Assembly: GCA_964400725.1 (NCBI GenBank)
Contig: CAYNVS010000003.1
Span: forward strand, 16,711-80,710
Origin: an uncultured Myxococcales bacterium
Lineage (GTDB): Bacteria; Myxococcota_A; SURF-8; CAYNVS01
Reading direction: 5' to 3'
DNA: 64,000 bases
The position numbers and the translations under genes were made by a program. Below, piece after piece: positions 10,633-20,900 of the stretch. The notes under the pieces were generated by a model. That model was not told where the DNA came from, ran no database searches, and was given only the letters and a program-made list of their open reading frames with translations. Position 1 is the first letter of the stretch, and every line of letters starts with the position of its first letter.

Positions 10633-12044
10633 TGGAAAAAACGCGGCTCGAACGCGACGGTCTAGGGGAAATTGCGGTTCCGGCGGACGCGCTTTACGGA
10701 GCGCATACGGCTAGAGCCGCGGCCAACTTCCCGCTCTCGGGGCGTCGCATGAACGAGTCGCTAATTCGCGCGCTAGCAATGGTAAAACTGGCGGCGGCGC
10801 GGACGAACGAAAAGCTCGGACTGCTCGCCTCCGATAAATTCGCCGCAATATCGCGGGCCTGCGAGGAAATGGCCGCGGGCGCGCTTTCGGCGAGCGTTAT
10901 CCCAGACGCTTTGCAGGGCGGAGCGGGCACGAGCGCCAACATGTGCGTCAACGAAGTTTTATGCAACCGCGCGCTGCAACTCATGGGAAAGACGCCGGGC
11001 GATTACGAAACGCTGGATCCTATACGCGACTTAAACATGTCGCAGAGCACCAACGACGTTTACCCTACCGCTCTCAAAGTCGCCGCCATACTCGATTTGC
11101 GCAAGCTCGAACGCGCGGTTACGGAGCTGCTCGAAGCATTTCAGGCCAAGGAGCGCGAGTTTGCAGACGTCGTCAAAGTTGGGCGCACGCAATTGCAGGA
11201 CGCCGCGCTGACGACGCTGGGACGCGAAATGGGAGCGTACGCGGACGCTCTGGCGCGCGACCGCTGGCGCGTTTACAAGTGCGAGGAGCGGCTGCGCGTC
11301 GTAAACCTAGGCGGCACGGCCATAGGCACCGGCATTACGGCCCCGCGCGAATACATTTTCGCCGTCGTGGACGAGCTGCGCCAGATTACCGGCATAGGAC
11401 TGTCGCGCGCCGAAAACCTAGTGGACGCGACGCAAAACGCCGACGCGTTCGTGGAAGTAAGCGGGATTTTAAAAGCTCTCGCGACGACGCTTTACAAAAG
11501 CGCCAACGATTTGCGTCTTCTTTCAAGCGGCCCCGACGCGGGCATAGGCGAAGTAAAGCTGCCTCCGCGACAGGCCGGAAGCTCGATTATGCCAGGCAAA
11601 GTAAACCCCGTCATACCCGAGGCCGTAATGCAGGCGGCGATGGTCTGCTTCGCCGACGACTTCGCGCTTACGATGGCGGCCGCGAACGGCTCGCTGGAGC
11701 TCAACCCGTTCATGCCGCTTATCGCGGACAGGTTGCTTTCGTCCATTGCGCTGCTTACGACGGCGTGCGAAATTTACGCCCGCGCGTGCGTCGCGGGCAT
11801 CCAAGCCGACGCGAAAGTTTGCGCGCGAAACGCGGAAAGCTCGATAGCGTCGATTACGGCGCTGGTGGAGGAAATCGGCTACGCGAAGGCGGAGGAAATC
11901 GCCCATACGGCGCGTCGCGAAGGATTGACTCCCCGCGAGGCGGCCTTGAAGCTCGGCTTCGTTACCGCGGAAAAGTTCGACGAACTTATCGACCCGCAGC
12001 GCGTAAACATGCTGGGGCGCAGGCTCAAGAAGGACGCAAAATGA
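10632..12044 (+). CDS. Aspartate ammonia-lyase / class II fumarase family lyase embedded in the hyd maturase operon
   Basis: Carries the family signature GSSIMPGKVNP and a conserved TQSTNDVYPTA region. The start overlaps the hydG stop by 1 nt and the stop overlaps the hydF start (ATGA). Confidence 0.8.
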   Translation: MEKTRLERDGLGEIAVPADALYGAHTARAAANFPLSGRRMNESLIRALAMVKLAAARTNEKLGLLASDKFAAISRACEEMAAGALSASVIPDALQGGAGTSANMCVNEVLCNRALQLMGKTPGDYETLDPIRDLNMSQSTNDVYPTALKVAAILDLRKLERAVTELLEAFQAKEREFADVVKVGRTQLQDAALTTLGREMGAYADALARDRWRVYKCEERLRVVNLGGTAIGTGITAPREYIFAVVDELRQITGIGLSRAENLVDATQNADAFVEVSGILKALATTLYKSANDLRLLSSGPDAGIGEVKLPPRQAGSSIMPGKVNPVIPEAVMQAAMVCFADDFALTMAAANGSLELNPFMPLIADRLLSSIALLTTACEIYARACVAGIQADAKVCARNAESSIASITALVEEIGYAKAEEIAHTARREGLTPREAALKLGFVTAEKFDELIDPQRVNMLGRRLKKDAK

Positions 12045-13276
12045 ACCAGACTCCCAAGGGAAACCGGCTTCACATCGGCATTTTCGGGCGCAGGAATGCG
12101 GGGAAGTCGAGCCTGCTGAACGCCGTAACCGGGCAGAACGTCGCGATTGTGTCCGACACTCCCGGCACGACCGCCGACCCCGTCGAAAAAACGATGGAAC
12201 TGCTTCCGCTTGGGCCGGTTACGTTTATCGACACCGCCGGAATCGACGACGAAGGAGAACTCGGCGAAATGCGCGCGCAGGCCGCAATGAAGGTTACAAG
12301 CCGCGTGGACGTAGGCGTTATCGTCTTCGTCGGAGACGCTTTCGGCGAATACGAAGAAACGCTGATAAACGAGCTGAAAACCCGCAAAGCGGCCGTAATG
12401 CTAGTCGCGAACAAGACGGACGAAACCGCGCCCCAAGGGCCGACGCTTGAGAAAATCGCGCAAACCGGCCATACGCCTATATACGCCAGCGCGCTGACCG
12501 GAGCGGGAATCGACGAGGTAAAGCGGGCGTTAATCGCCGCTGCGCCCGACGACTACATGTCGCAAATCGGCATCGCGGGCGACCTCGTAAACCCCGGCGA
12601 CGTCGTTTTGCTCGTAACGCCCATCGACATGGAAGCTCCGAAAGGGCGCCTTATACTGCCTCAAGTGCAGACCATACGCGATATTTTGGACAACGACGCG
12701 ATGGCGCTTGTTGTGAAGGAGCGGGAGCTTCGCGCCGCGCTCGACAAACTCGCGAGCCCGCCCGCGCTTGTTGTAACCGACTCGCAAGCGTTTTTAAAGG
12801 TTGACGCCGACGTTCCTAAAAGCGTCCCGCTTACGTCGTTCAGCATATTATTCGCGCGCAACAAAGGGGACTTGGCCGAGATGGCGCGCGGGGCCGCGGC
12901 TATCGAGCGGCTGAAATCGGGCGACAAAATATTGATTGCGGAGGCGTGCGCGCACCACGCGGTAGGGGACGACATAGGCCGGGTGAAGCTGCCGCGCTGG
13001 ATACGCCAGTACGCGGGCTGCGATCTCGTCTTCGAGCACGTTTCGGGGCGGGACTTTCCGGACAATTTAAGCGATTACGCGCTCGTCGTAACGTGCGGCT
13101 CGTGCATGTTGAACCGCCGCGAGGTATTAAGCCGCATAGCGCGCTGCAAACAGGCGGGCGTTCCGGTTACTAATTACGGCGTGGCTATCGCGTATTGCCT
13201 TGGCATCTTCGAGCGCGCGCTTTCGCCGTTTCCGGCGGCGTTGGAGGCTTATAAGAGCGCGGTAAAAGAGAATTAA
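12041..13276 (+). CDS. hydF: [FeFe]-hydrogenase maturation GTPase HydF
   Basis: MNQTPKGNRLHIGIFGRRNAGKSSLLNAVTG (P-loop), DTPGT (switch) and NKTD (G4). A C-terminal Cys-containing FeS-binding domain (CAHHAV ... CGSC) is present. The long 777-aa ORF in the same frame is an upstream artefact. Confidence 0.85.
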   Translation: MNQTPKGNRLHIGIFGRRNAGKSSLLNAVTGQNVAIVSDTPGTTADPVEKTMELLPLGPVTFIDTAGIDDEGELGEMRAQAAMKVTSRVDVGVIVFVGDAFGEYEETLINELKTRKAAVMLVANKTDETAPQGPTLEKIAQTGHTPIYASALTGAGIDEVKRALIAAAPDDYMSQIGIAGDLVNPGDVVLLVTPIDMEAPKGRLILPQVQTIRDILDNDAMALVVKERELRAALDKLASPPALVVTDSQAFLKVDADVPKSVPLTSFSILFARNKGDLAEMARGAAAIERLKSGDKILIAEACAHHAVGDDIGRVKLPRWIRQYAGCDLVFEHVSGRDFPDNLSDYALVVTCGSCMLNRREVLSRIARCKQAGVPVTNYGVAIAYCLGIFERALSPFPAALEAYKSAVKEN

Positions 13277-13564
13277 ATTATATAAATTTCATTGCTGTCC
13301 AAAAGAAATTGACGCTTTTGCCGAATAAAAGTCTCGAAGAGACTGAAAGATAATAGCTCGGGGTGTGAACCCCGAGAAAAAAGCATTACCACCCTCAACC
13401 CTTTCGTTCCCCTTTCCTTTTTCTTTTTAAGGAGAGGGGTAGGGGAGAGGTTGCCCACCCGGTTCGGCGCTTACGGGCCGAGCTACTGCCTTTCGCCTTT
13501 TCAAGGCTTTATAAAGAATAGGCGTCTATTTTAGAAAGTCTATTTTTGACAAGAATGTATCATT

Positions 13565-15567
13565 TTAAAAATCTTTAGCGCACCTGAACCCGTCGTCGAT
13601 GTCTGCATGAGAAGTTTCGTCAACCGCTCGATATGATGAGCGCAAACCGTAATCCAATCCGCTGCCCCATGATCCGCCGCGCAAGATTCTTTTATTGCAG
13701 TCGCCGCCTTGCCAAACCGAACCGTCGGTCGGCGCGCCCGTATAGTCGTCATGCCAGCAGTCCTCGACCCACTCCCATACGTTGCCGCTCATATCGAATA
13801 AACCGAACGCGTTGGGAATTTTAGTTTTGACCGCGTGGCTTTTACCGTCCGAGTTTAAGTAAAACCAAGCGATGCCGTCTAGGCACAAACCGTCGTCGCC
13901 GCAGTAGTAAGCCGTCGTAGTTCCGCCGCGCGCCGCGTATTCCCATTCCGCCTCGGTTAGCAGTCTGCCCCCGATTTTCTCGCAGTAATTCTTGGCCTGA
14001 AGCCACGGAACGCTATCCACGGGGCAATCCAAACCGCATGAAGAAAAATGACTGGGGTTATTGCCCATAACCGATTTATACTGCCCCTGCGTTATCTCGG
14101 TTTCGGTAATTTGGAAAGCAGAAATATTTACCGCATGAACCGGCTTCTCGAAGTCGTAGCAATGAGAGTCATTCGGCGAGCAGCCCATTTGAAATGACCC
14201 TGATGGAAGCGCTACCCAAGTAATGGCAGCATGCGTTTCGCCGTCGCTTATGTCCTGTTCGGTAGTTTCCATTTCTATTTCTTCAACGTCGCCGTCGGGC
14301 TGCGGTATATCCATTGCGCAACGAATGCCGCCGCAGAAGTCAACAGCGTCGGGTAAAGTTCTTGCTCTGTGAAACAGGAAAAGGGTTTCCGGCGTATCAT
14401 ACCAACAGCCTGTTCTAAACACGCGGCCATCGCCTACCGGGTTTTCCCACGCGCTTCCGTCGGTGGGAGCGTCAACGTAGCTCCAGTGAAACCAATCCTG
14501 CGTCCATTCCCATACGTTTCCCAACATGTCATACAAACCAAATTCATTAGGAATTTTAAGTCCTACTTGATGAGTCTTGTTATCGGAATTCTGATTGTAC
14601 CAAGCAATACCGTCAAGGCATAAGTAATCGTTTCCGCAATAATAGACTGACTCTTTTCCTGCTCTTGCCGCATATTCCCATTCTGATTCTGTAGGAAGTC
14701 TAGCCCCTATTTTTTCGCAAAATGCTTTTGCGTTCGACCAAATTACTTGTTCGACGGGGCAATTTTGTCCGCAATTTTAAAATAGCTTGGATTGTTGCCC
14801 ATTACAGCTTCAAACTGTCCTTGAGTTACTTCATATTTCATTATGCGAAACTTTTTAATCGTAACTTGGTGGCGTGGAGTTTCCCAAGTTTGGCAATTAG
14901 TTTCACCCTGATTACATCCCATCCAAAACGTCCCATCTGGTATGGTAACCCATTCAATCGGGCGCACAATGCAATCATCATTTTGGCAAATCAAGCCGTC
15001 CGCGTTGCAGTCTCGGTAAAAAATCCATTCGCCTTGGTCGTTACATTTTTCCAACTGATTTGCAAAATCGGAACTGCACCGATAAGCGGAAGGCTTGCAC
15101 TTGGCCGCTTCCTCTTTATCCAATTCTTCGGGCAATTCATCTTCAATTTCATTTACATCGACTAATTCTAGCGCGTCCAAGTCGCCGTCCGTATCGGGTT
15201 CCAACTCTTCGTTCGGCGTTTCCTCTCCTGTCTCGAGCGTTTCCTCTTCAAGCTCCGCAATTAAGTCGGTATCATCCGTAAGTTCGCTATTGTCGCTTAC
15301 TTCCGAGAAATCGCCGTCCGTTCCCCAAGGGACGCAGAAGCCTTCGAGACAAGTCTTCCCGATAAGCTGGCAGTCTTCTTGCAAAGTCCATTTCCCGCTG
15401 TCGTTGCATATTTCGGCTTGATAATTGAACGTACCGCCGCATCTGTGTTTGCCCGGCGCGCATTCTTTATTCCCCGACGAGACGCTGGTAGTTCCGCAGC
15501 CCGAAAAAAGCGCGACCGCAATTAGCAAACGCGCAATTAAATTTATTTTTTCGCTTAATGGCTTCAT
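13565..15567 (-). CDS. Secreted lipoprotein with a Cys-rich N-terminal region, an acidic linker and two tandem FGE-sulfatase-fold domains lacking the catalytic Cys pair. Reading frame disrupted by an apparent 1-nt deletion in an A/T homopolymer near 14779-14782.
   Basis: Signal peptide with LFSGC lipobox. Domain 1 (WVTIPDGTFWMGC...MGNNPSYF) ends at a stop at 14743. It continues in the -1 frame as KNCGQNCPV...WEYAARAG...YDMLGNVWEW, straight into ORF 13565..14536. The second domain ends RGGSWGSGLDYGLRSSYR...FRCAKDF, with no CHxSYC motif. Confidence 0.65.
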
Positions 15568-15702
15568 AACCTATCTCCTTTAAAGTAATAGCCTATATTA
15601 CTAGGTAAAGAAGCGCAAATCCAGCAAAAAAATAAAAACTAAAACCCTCCCTTGCGGGAGGGTTTTCTGCCGAGTCGAGGCTTATAGCCGCCTGTCAGTT
15701 AG

Positions 15703-16713
15703 TTATTGCCTCGATTTGAAAATGAACGGATAGTTGACGATTACCGCGCCGCTTTTGGGCGGAAGGAATATTATGTTGCGCACCACCCGCAGCATGCAGT
15801 CTTCAACCGCGGCGTTGTTCATGGTAGAGCCCGCAATCGTCGCCATGGTAACCTGTCCTTTGGACGCTTGATTGTACTGGAACCTAACCGTGATTTTGCC
15901 GTAAAGCAGCGGATTTCTCGATAGCTCCTTCTGGTAGCAGTAACGGAACGAATTGAGATGCTTCTCAATCATTTTCCTTACGTTGTTCGGGTCTTCTCCG
16001 ACAATATTGAAGTTCGGCGTGGGTATCACTTCGTATCCTTCAGGCTTCTTTAAGCTCGCGACTTTCGGCCCTCCGCCCAGACGACAATCCGAGCCGCGGC
16101 ACCTGCCTTTGCCGAAATTCCATGGGCCGTCAATTCCTAACGCTTTTCCGCCGCCGCCGCTCTGCCCCGCGCCAAACATCCCTAGTCCGCTTGTTCCTCT
16201 CGCGTCGAAACCGGTCGGCCCGTTAAGGTTGGCGAGATCTTTCTCTAAAGTAGGGTCGATTGCGTTTCCGTCGAATATTTTACTGTCCTCGGTCATGGCG
16301 GCGATCATTTCTCCCAAACCGCCGGACGGCGTAGAAACGTTGGAGCTTTTACCGCTTCCGTCTCCCGCGTCCCTCGGTTTCGCGTTGGAAGCAACGCCGG
16401 TTCCGTGGTCGGAAGGTTCGGGCTTGGTATCAACCGGCTCCGGTTTGGGCTCGTCTTTCGGTTCTCTATATAAACGAATCGGCACTTGGTTGGCTATATC
16501 GCTGATGGTGGTTTTGGGCTGAGCCACGGAAACCCTTGCTACCGATATGTGTATGCCGGTCGAGATGAAAACCGCCAGAAGAATCAATATGAGGTTGGTC
16601 AAACCCTTCCTCTTTACTCTGGCGTCGAACTTCACCAAGCGCCATTTCGGGACGCTCGCTCTGTTCTCCTTTTGCCTTACCCTTCTAATTTTTAAAAGTT
16701 TTGCTGCGTTCAT
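15703..16713 (-). CDS. Membrane-anchored protein with a Pro/Gly-rich linker and a C-terminal domain resembling the AgmX/PglI C-terminal domain of Myxococcota
   Basis: Start chosen at MNAAKLL, preceded by AAAGGAGG. A TM segment (LTNLILILLAVFISTGIHI) is followed by a low-complexity P/E/K/G region. The C-terminus reads CYQKELSRNPLLYGKITVRFQY...VEDCMLRVVRNIIFLPP..GAVIVNYPFIFK, matching the remembered AgmX/PglI tail pattern. Confidence 0.55.
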   Translation of the reverse strand: MNAAKLLKIRRVRQKENRASVPKWRLVKFDARVKRKGLTNLILILLAVFISTGIHISVARVSVAQPKTTISDIANQVPIRLYREPKDEPKPEPVDTKPEPSDHGTGVASNAKPRDAGDGSGKSSNVSTPSGGLGEMIAAMTEDSKIFDGNAIDPTLEKDLANLNGPTGFDARGTSGLGMFGAGQSGGGGKALGIDGPWNFGKGRCRGSDCRLGGGPKVASLKKPEGYEVIPTPNFNIVGEDPNNVRKMIEKHLNSFRYCYQKELSRNPLLYGKITVRFQYNQASKGQVTMATIAGSTMNNAAVEDCMLRVVRNIIFLPPKSGAVIVNYPFIFKSRQ

Positions 16714-17094
16714 AGTAAGCCTCCTTTCAATGCCCTGCACGGGCGCGAAACGTAAGTTGTCCAAGCGGCGGCAGCCGCGAACAATGGCAGACTGTTTAAA
16801 CGCGTATGTTCGGTTTCCAAAAAGCAGATTTTCCAGTCTTCGCTTATGGTTAAGTCAAAATCGGCGCCAATTAAAGCCCCTGCAAGCTGTCAAAAATATT
16901 GACGATTTTAAAGATAAGTAAAACTAATGCGAGGTATGCGTTATTTTTATGCGAAAAAATTACGCATAAAAACAATTCTTCGCGGTTTAAAAATTTACTT
17001 GTAAATTTTTAATAACGCGCAGCGTCGCTAATAGCGAACGGCTTATTTATATTAGAAATGAGAATATATTTGCAAGAAATTTGCGCCGCCGATT

Positions 17095-17958
17095 TTATTT
17101 TAAAATTATCCGCGCTAAAACGTCGGCTCCGTTTTCTTCCATCGGCGAGTCGGCGCAGTTGAATAGGCGCCACTTTTGGTTGTCTATCGGGCGGTCGAAG
17201 GGGACGAATTCGGCGACGTCGTAGTAACCCAGCCAGCGCGCCTCCCAGAAGGAGTTGTACCCCGCGCCGCAAATAATTCTATCGGCTCCTCCAAGCCATT
17301 GCGCCGCCGGAAAAAGCTCTGGGTTTATAAAGGCATTAAGGCTGTAAACAAATTCGTTTTCTGAATCCGTCAACTCCATTAGTTGAGCGGCCTCTCCGGG
17401 TTTGCCCGCCTGAATTACTACAGTCAGCGGCTTGTTTTCGGGCGCGCGCAAAAGCTCTCGCAGCGCGTCGGGCGGCCTGCATTCGTCGGGGTTGCAAACT
17501 ACTATCGGGTCAATCGTCTCGGTAGCCGGTATGTGCTCAAGCGGCTCGATGGCGATAACGCGCTTGTAAAGCGAGCGGTTGAACGGAATTTCGGGAGGCC
17601 CCTTGAACCATATGGCCGGAACCCAGTTCGTTATAAGCCACGCCTCGCATTTAAGCAAGGGAATTATGTGAGTCATAGGCGCCCAGAATTCGTCCACTAT
17701 TAAAAGGTCGGGTTGGAATTCCAGCAGAGCGAGCGCGATTTCGCACTCGGCTGCGAGCTTCGGGTCGGCTATTTTCTCGGGGTATGTGGGCGCGACGTTG
17801 TAGAAGGAAGGGACGAGCTTTTCGGGGAGATGAAAGGGCGGGCCGAACATTTTAAATTCGCCCGTAAAACCCGCCCTTAACAAACCATTATAAACGGCCA
17901 TGCCCCTCATAATATGGCCGGCGCCAATGGTGCCCGCCGTGAAGAGCGCGACCTTCAT
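17095..17958 (-). CDS. Hypothetical protein, possibly a glycosyltransferase-like (GT-B / MurG-like Gly-rich N-terminus) enzyme. Last gene of the repeat-protein locus.
   Basis: 287 aa, starting 7 nt after the stop of the upstream giant gene. N-terminus MKVALFTAGTIGAGHIMRG resembles the GT28/MurG G-loop. No other motif could be confirmed by eye. Confidence 0.4.
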   Translation of the reverse strand: MKVALFTAGTIGAGHIMRGMAVYNGLLRAGFTGEFKMFGPPFHLPEKLVPSFYNVAPTYPEKIADPKLAAECEIALALLEFQPDLLIVDEFWAPMTHIIPLLKCEAWLITNWVPAIWFKGPPEIPFNRSLYKRVIAIEPLEHIPATETIDPIVVCNPDECRPPDALRELLRAPENKPLTVVIQAGKPGEAAQLMELTDSENEFVYSLNAFINPELFPAAQWLGGADRIICGAGYNSFWEARWLGYYDVAEFVPFDRPIDNQKWRLFNCADSPMEENGADVLARIILK

Positions 17959-17964
17959 GCCGAT

Positions 17965-20900
17965 TTACGAACCCATACAGTAAAACATAATGTCGGCGGC
18001 GATGCACGAAGATTCGCCCCCGCAGACTTCCGGATCTTCGCCGCTTTCGTCTTGTTCTATGTAAAAATACTGCTCGTCGTTGTTGTAACAAATGTCGCGG
18101 TTTGCCCCTTGCCACAGCTTGGCGCGGTAATACATATAACGATTTATCGCCGTCATGCAAAAACGTCCCCTTCCCAGCGTCTCGTCAAGCAAGGCTTCGT
18201 ACCGTCCGCGGTAAATCATAGGCGCGGGCATATCGGTCATGTTGGAATAAATTGCAAGGGTCGCGACGATTGCGTTAGAGTTGTTGTCGTAAACCCGAAT
18301 ATCAACGCACTGCGGATTTGCCTTTTCAAGCCAAAGCGTTTCGCTGAATTCGCAGCCGTCGAACTTTGTAAACTTATTGACGGGTCTCTTAACTCCGCCG
18401 TTCAGCGTACTCTGCGACTCGTAACGGTTTCCGTTCTCGTCGTACCACGAGGCGGAAAGAACCGTATCCGTCATTGGCGCCATGTCCGCCGCGAAAGCTC
18501 CGGCGCTTTCGCCAACCGGCGAAACGCTCTTAAAAAATCCCGCTTTCGAGTAAGCCTCAACGACTGCGTCGGTGGGATTGTCGCCGGAGTCGTAAACTTC
18601 GCCCGCAACGCAGAAGGTTGTGCCGAGAACCAAGGCGACCATGTACCAGCCGGTACGGCTGACCGGGAAGGTAACCGAACTTGCGTCGCTGGTAAAGGTT
18701 ACTTCCTGCTGAATCCATAGTCCGAGAGCCTCGTCGTAGCGGAAAACGTAATACATGTCCGGGTCGAGTTCTTCCTCCGCCCCGTGCGGCAGCGTTAGCG
18801 AGGGTTGAGCCGCGCTCAGATACAACTGAGAAAACTCAAGCGTTCCATTCCGCTCTGTATTATCTCGCGCCTCAAGGTAGGCGGCGGTAATTCCCATAAT
18901 CGGGCGCACCGATTCGTCGAAGAGTCTTCCTTTCGTAGCGGAGCCCGGAAGAGCCAAAGCCATGCTTTGATCGTATAAAGAGAGCGGAACTACGCTTATT
19001 TGGGCTTCGCCGGCGTAATCCAATCCCTCGAAAATCTGCCTGTCGTCTCCTGCATATGGAATGGCAACGGCCGCTCCGCTCATCAACCACGGGCATGAGA
19101 CGTTTAATTGATAAGTTTTGTCTTCGGTTATAGGCTCTTCGAATCCTCCGGCAGCGCACCCTTGGAGCGAGTACAGCCTCAAGTCCGTCGTTTTTCCAGC
19201 CTCGACGTCTATTCTCATCGAAAATTTAGACATCGTTTCGCCGGGCGCCGCGTCCTTCGGTTTAGCCGTAATTAGAGCTCCGACGCCGGGTCTTACGTTG
19301 TTGAATTTGAAAAATCCGTTGGACGAGCTTTGCGTGGAAAGCGTCTTGCCGTCCGGCAGTTGAAGCGTTACAAGCGCGTCCGCAACCGGCATTTTGCCGA
19401 ACTGAGTGGCGTTAAGCACGATTCCCTTTACTGTTCCTCCCTGCGCGCACAATCCTTTGCCGTCGGCGGTAACGCAGTAAGTATTTGCGGCGGCGCAATC
19501 GGTTCGGGATTCGTATCCCACCAATTCGGTTTCTGGGCAGAGAAGGCAATGGACTTCATAGTCGCCGACGCAGTACGAATCCAGATAAGGATTGCACTGG
19601 TTGCCGCATATTGCTCCCATTGTTCCGCAGCTGATGCAAGATGAATTTGCGTCAAACCATTGGGCGCACGACGATTCGTCCCACGTTCCGGTCGCCGAGC
19701 CGCAGGTCATAATCGTCATATTATCAAGGGCGCAGTACGGCTTATCTACCATAAAATTGCATGAAAGAGTCGATTCTTCTTCGTCCTGCTCTTCTTCCGT
19801 CGGAATTTCGCTCTCGTACTCGACAGTTTCCATGTCGCCGTCGGCTCCGGGCTGTAATACCTCAAAAAATCCAGTCGTTCCGGGAGCGCCGTTGAACGAC
19901 TCGTCGAAGTAGCCCGCCGTCGCGCTCGTCCAAGTCATATCGTATTTGTCGGTTCCCCCGACGTTGAAGGTAAGCGTCGAGGTTGAAGCGCCCGTCTTTT
20001 TATAATAGAACTGGAAGTCTCCGACGCCGATCAACGTTGCGACGCCCGAAGTCTCCGAACCGACCGGGAACGTCCATATATTGGAAGGGCCGCCTTGTTC
20101 GTTCAATTGAATGGACAGTCCGCCTATGCCTATTGGCGCGTAGTCGATAATCGTCTCTTCGTTGTCGATCGGCTCCTCTACTTCATACTCGCCGGTCTCT
20201 TCGTCGCCGTCCGCAACGGGAGGCTGGTAATCTTCGATTATTCTCATCACCTTTTTGGACGTAAACGCGAACAGAAGCTCGAACCCCTCTCCCCAGAATC
20301 CGTTTAGGCCGTATGCGTCCGCCGGAATCGGCGTTACGGGCGATGCGCCCTTCGTCATTTGTCCGGTTTGCTTTGCGAACAAATAAGGCATACCGCCGAC
20401 GACGAACAGCGCTTCTTTCTCGCTTGCGCCCCAAACTTTAGCCGGGGCGCCCGCCATGTCCATCGGGAAATACGACCAGATAAGTCCGTTAAAATGCGCA
20501 AGCATAAGGCCGGAGTCGGTCGCCGGGTCGTTGCCCGAAACCCAGATGCCGCTTGAATAGGAGCCCATAATGTAACCGGGGCCGTTGAATTTCATGTTTT
20601 CCAACGCGAAAGCCGGCGCGAAGTCCGCGGCGCGCTCCGATTTGTAAACGCCGGAAGCCGCGACGATGAATACATTGACGGGAAAGTCGAAGCTTTCTTT
20701 TTTAGTAGATGAATTTTCAACCGCGTAAATGTCGTAAACCTCTTCGGAGGTCGGAACGCCGCCTAAACTCCACGCCGTTTTGGCGCAGAAGTTCATCGCG
20801 AAGACTTCGTAATTCGAAGTGAATTCGTTGAAGTTAAGGGTTGCGTAGTAACAATTGGCCGCGCCGTAAACTATGCGCTTTGGTTTCCTGTTGCCGCCGT

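Noticed and set aside
10943-13276. 777-aa ORF spanning the aspartase-like gene and hydF
   Set aside because: Its upstream part is an Arg-rich out-of-frame translation of the lyase gene. The HydF start at 12041 (ATGA-coupled, clear GTPase N-terminus) is the real start.
17914-18720. 268-aa plus-strand ORF
   Set aside because: Antisense within the giant lipoprotein gene.
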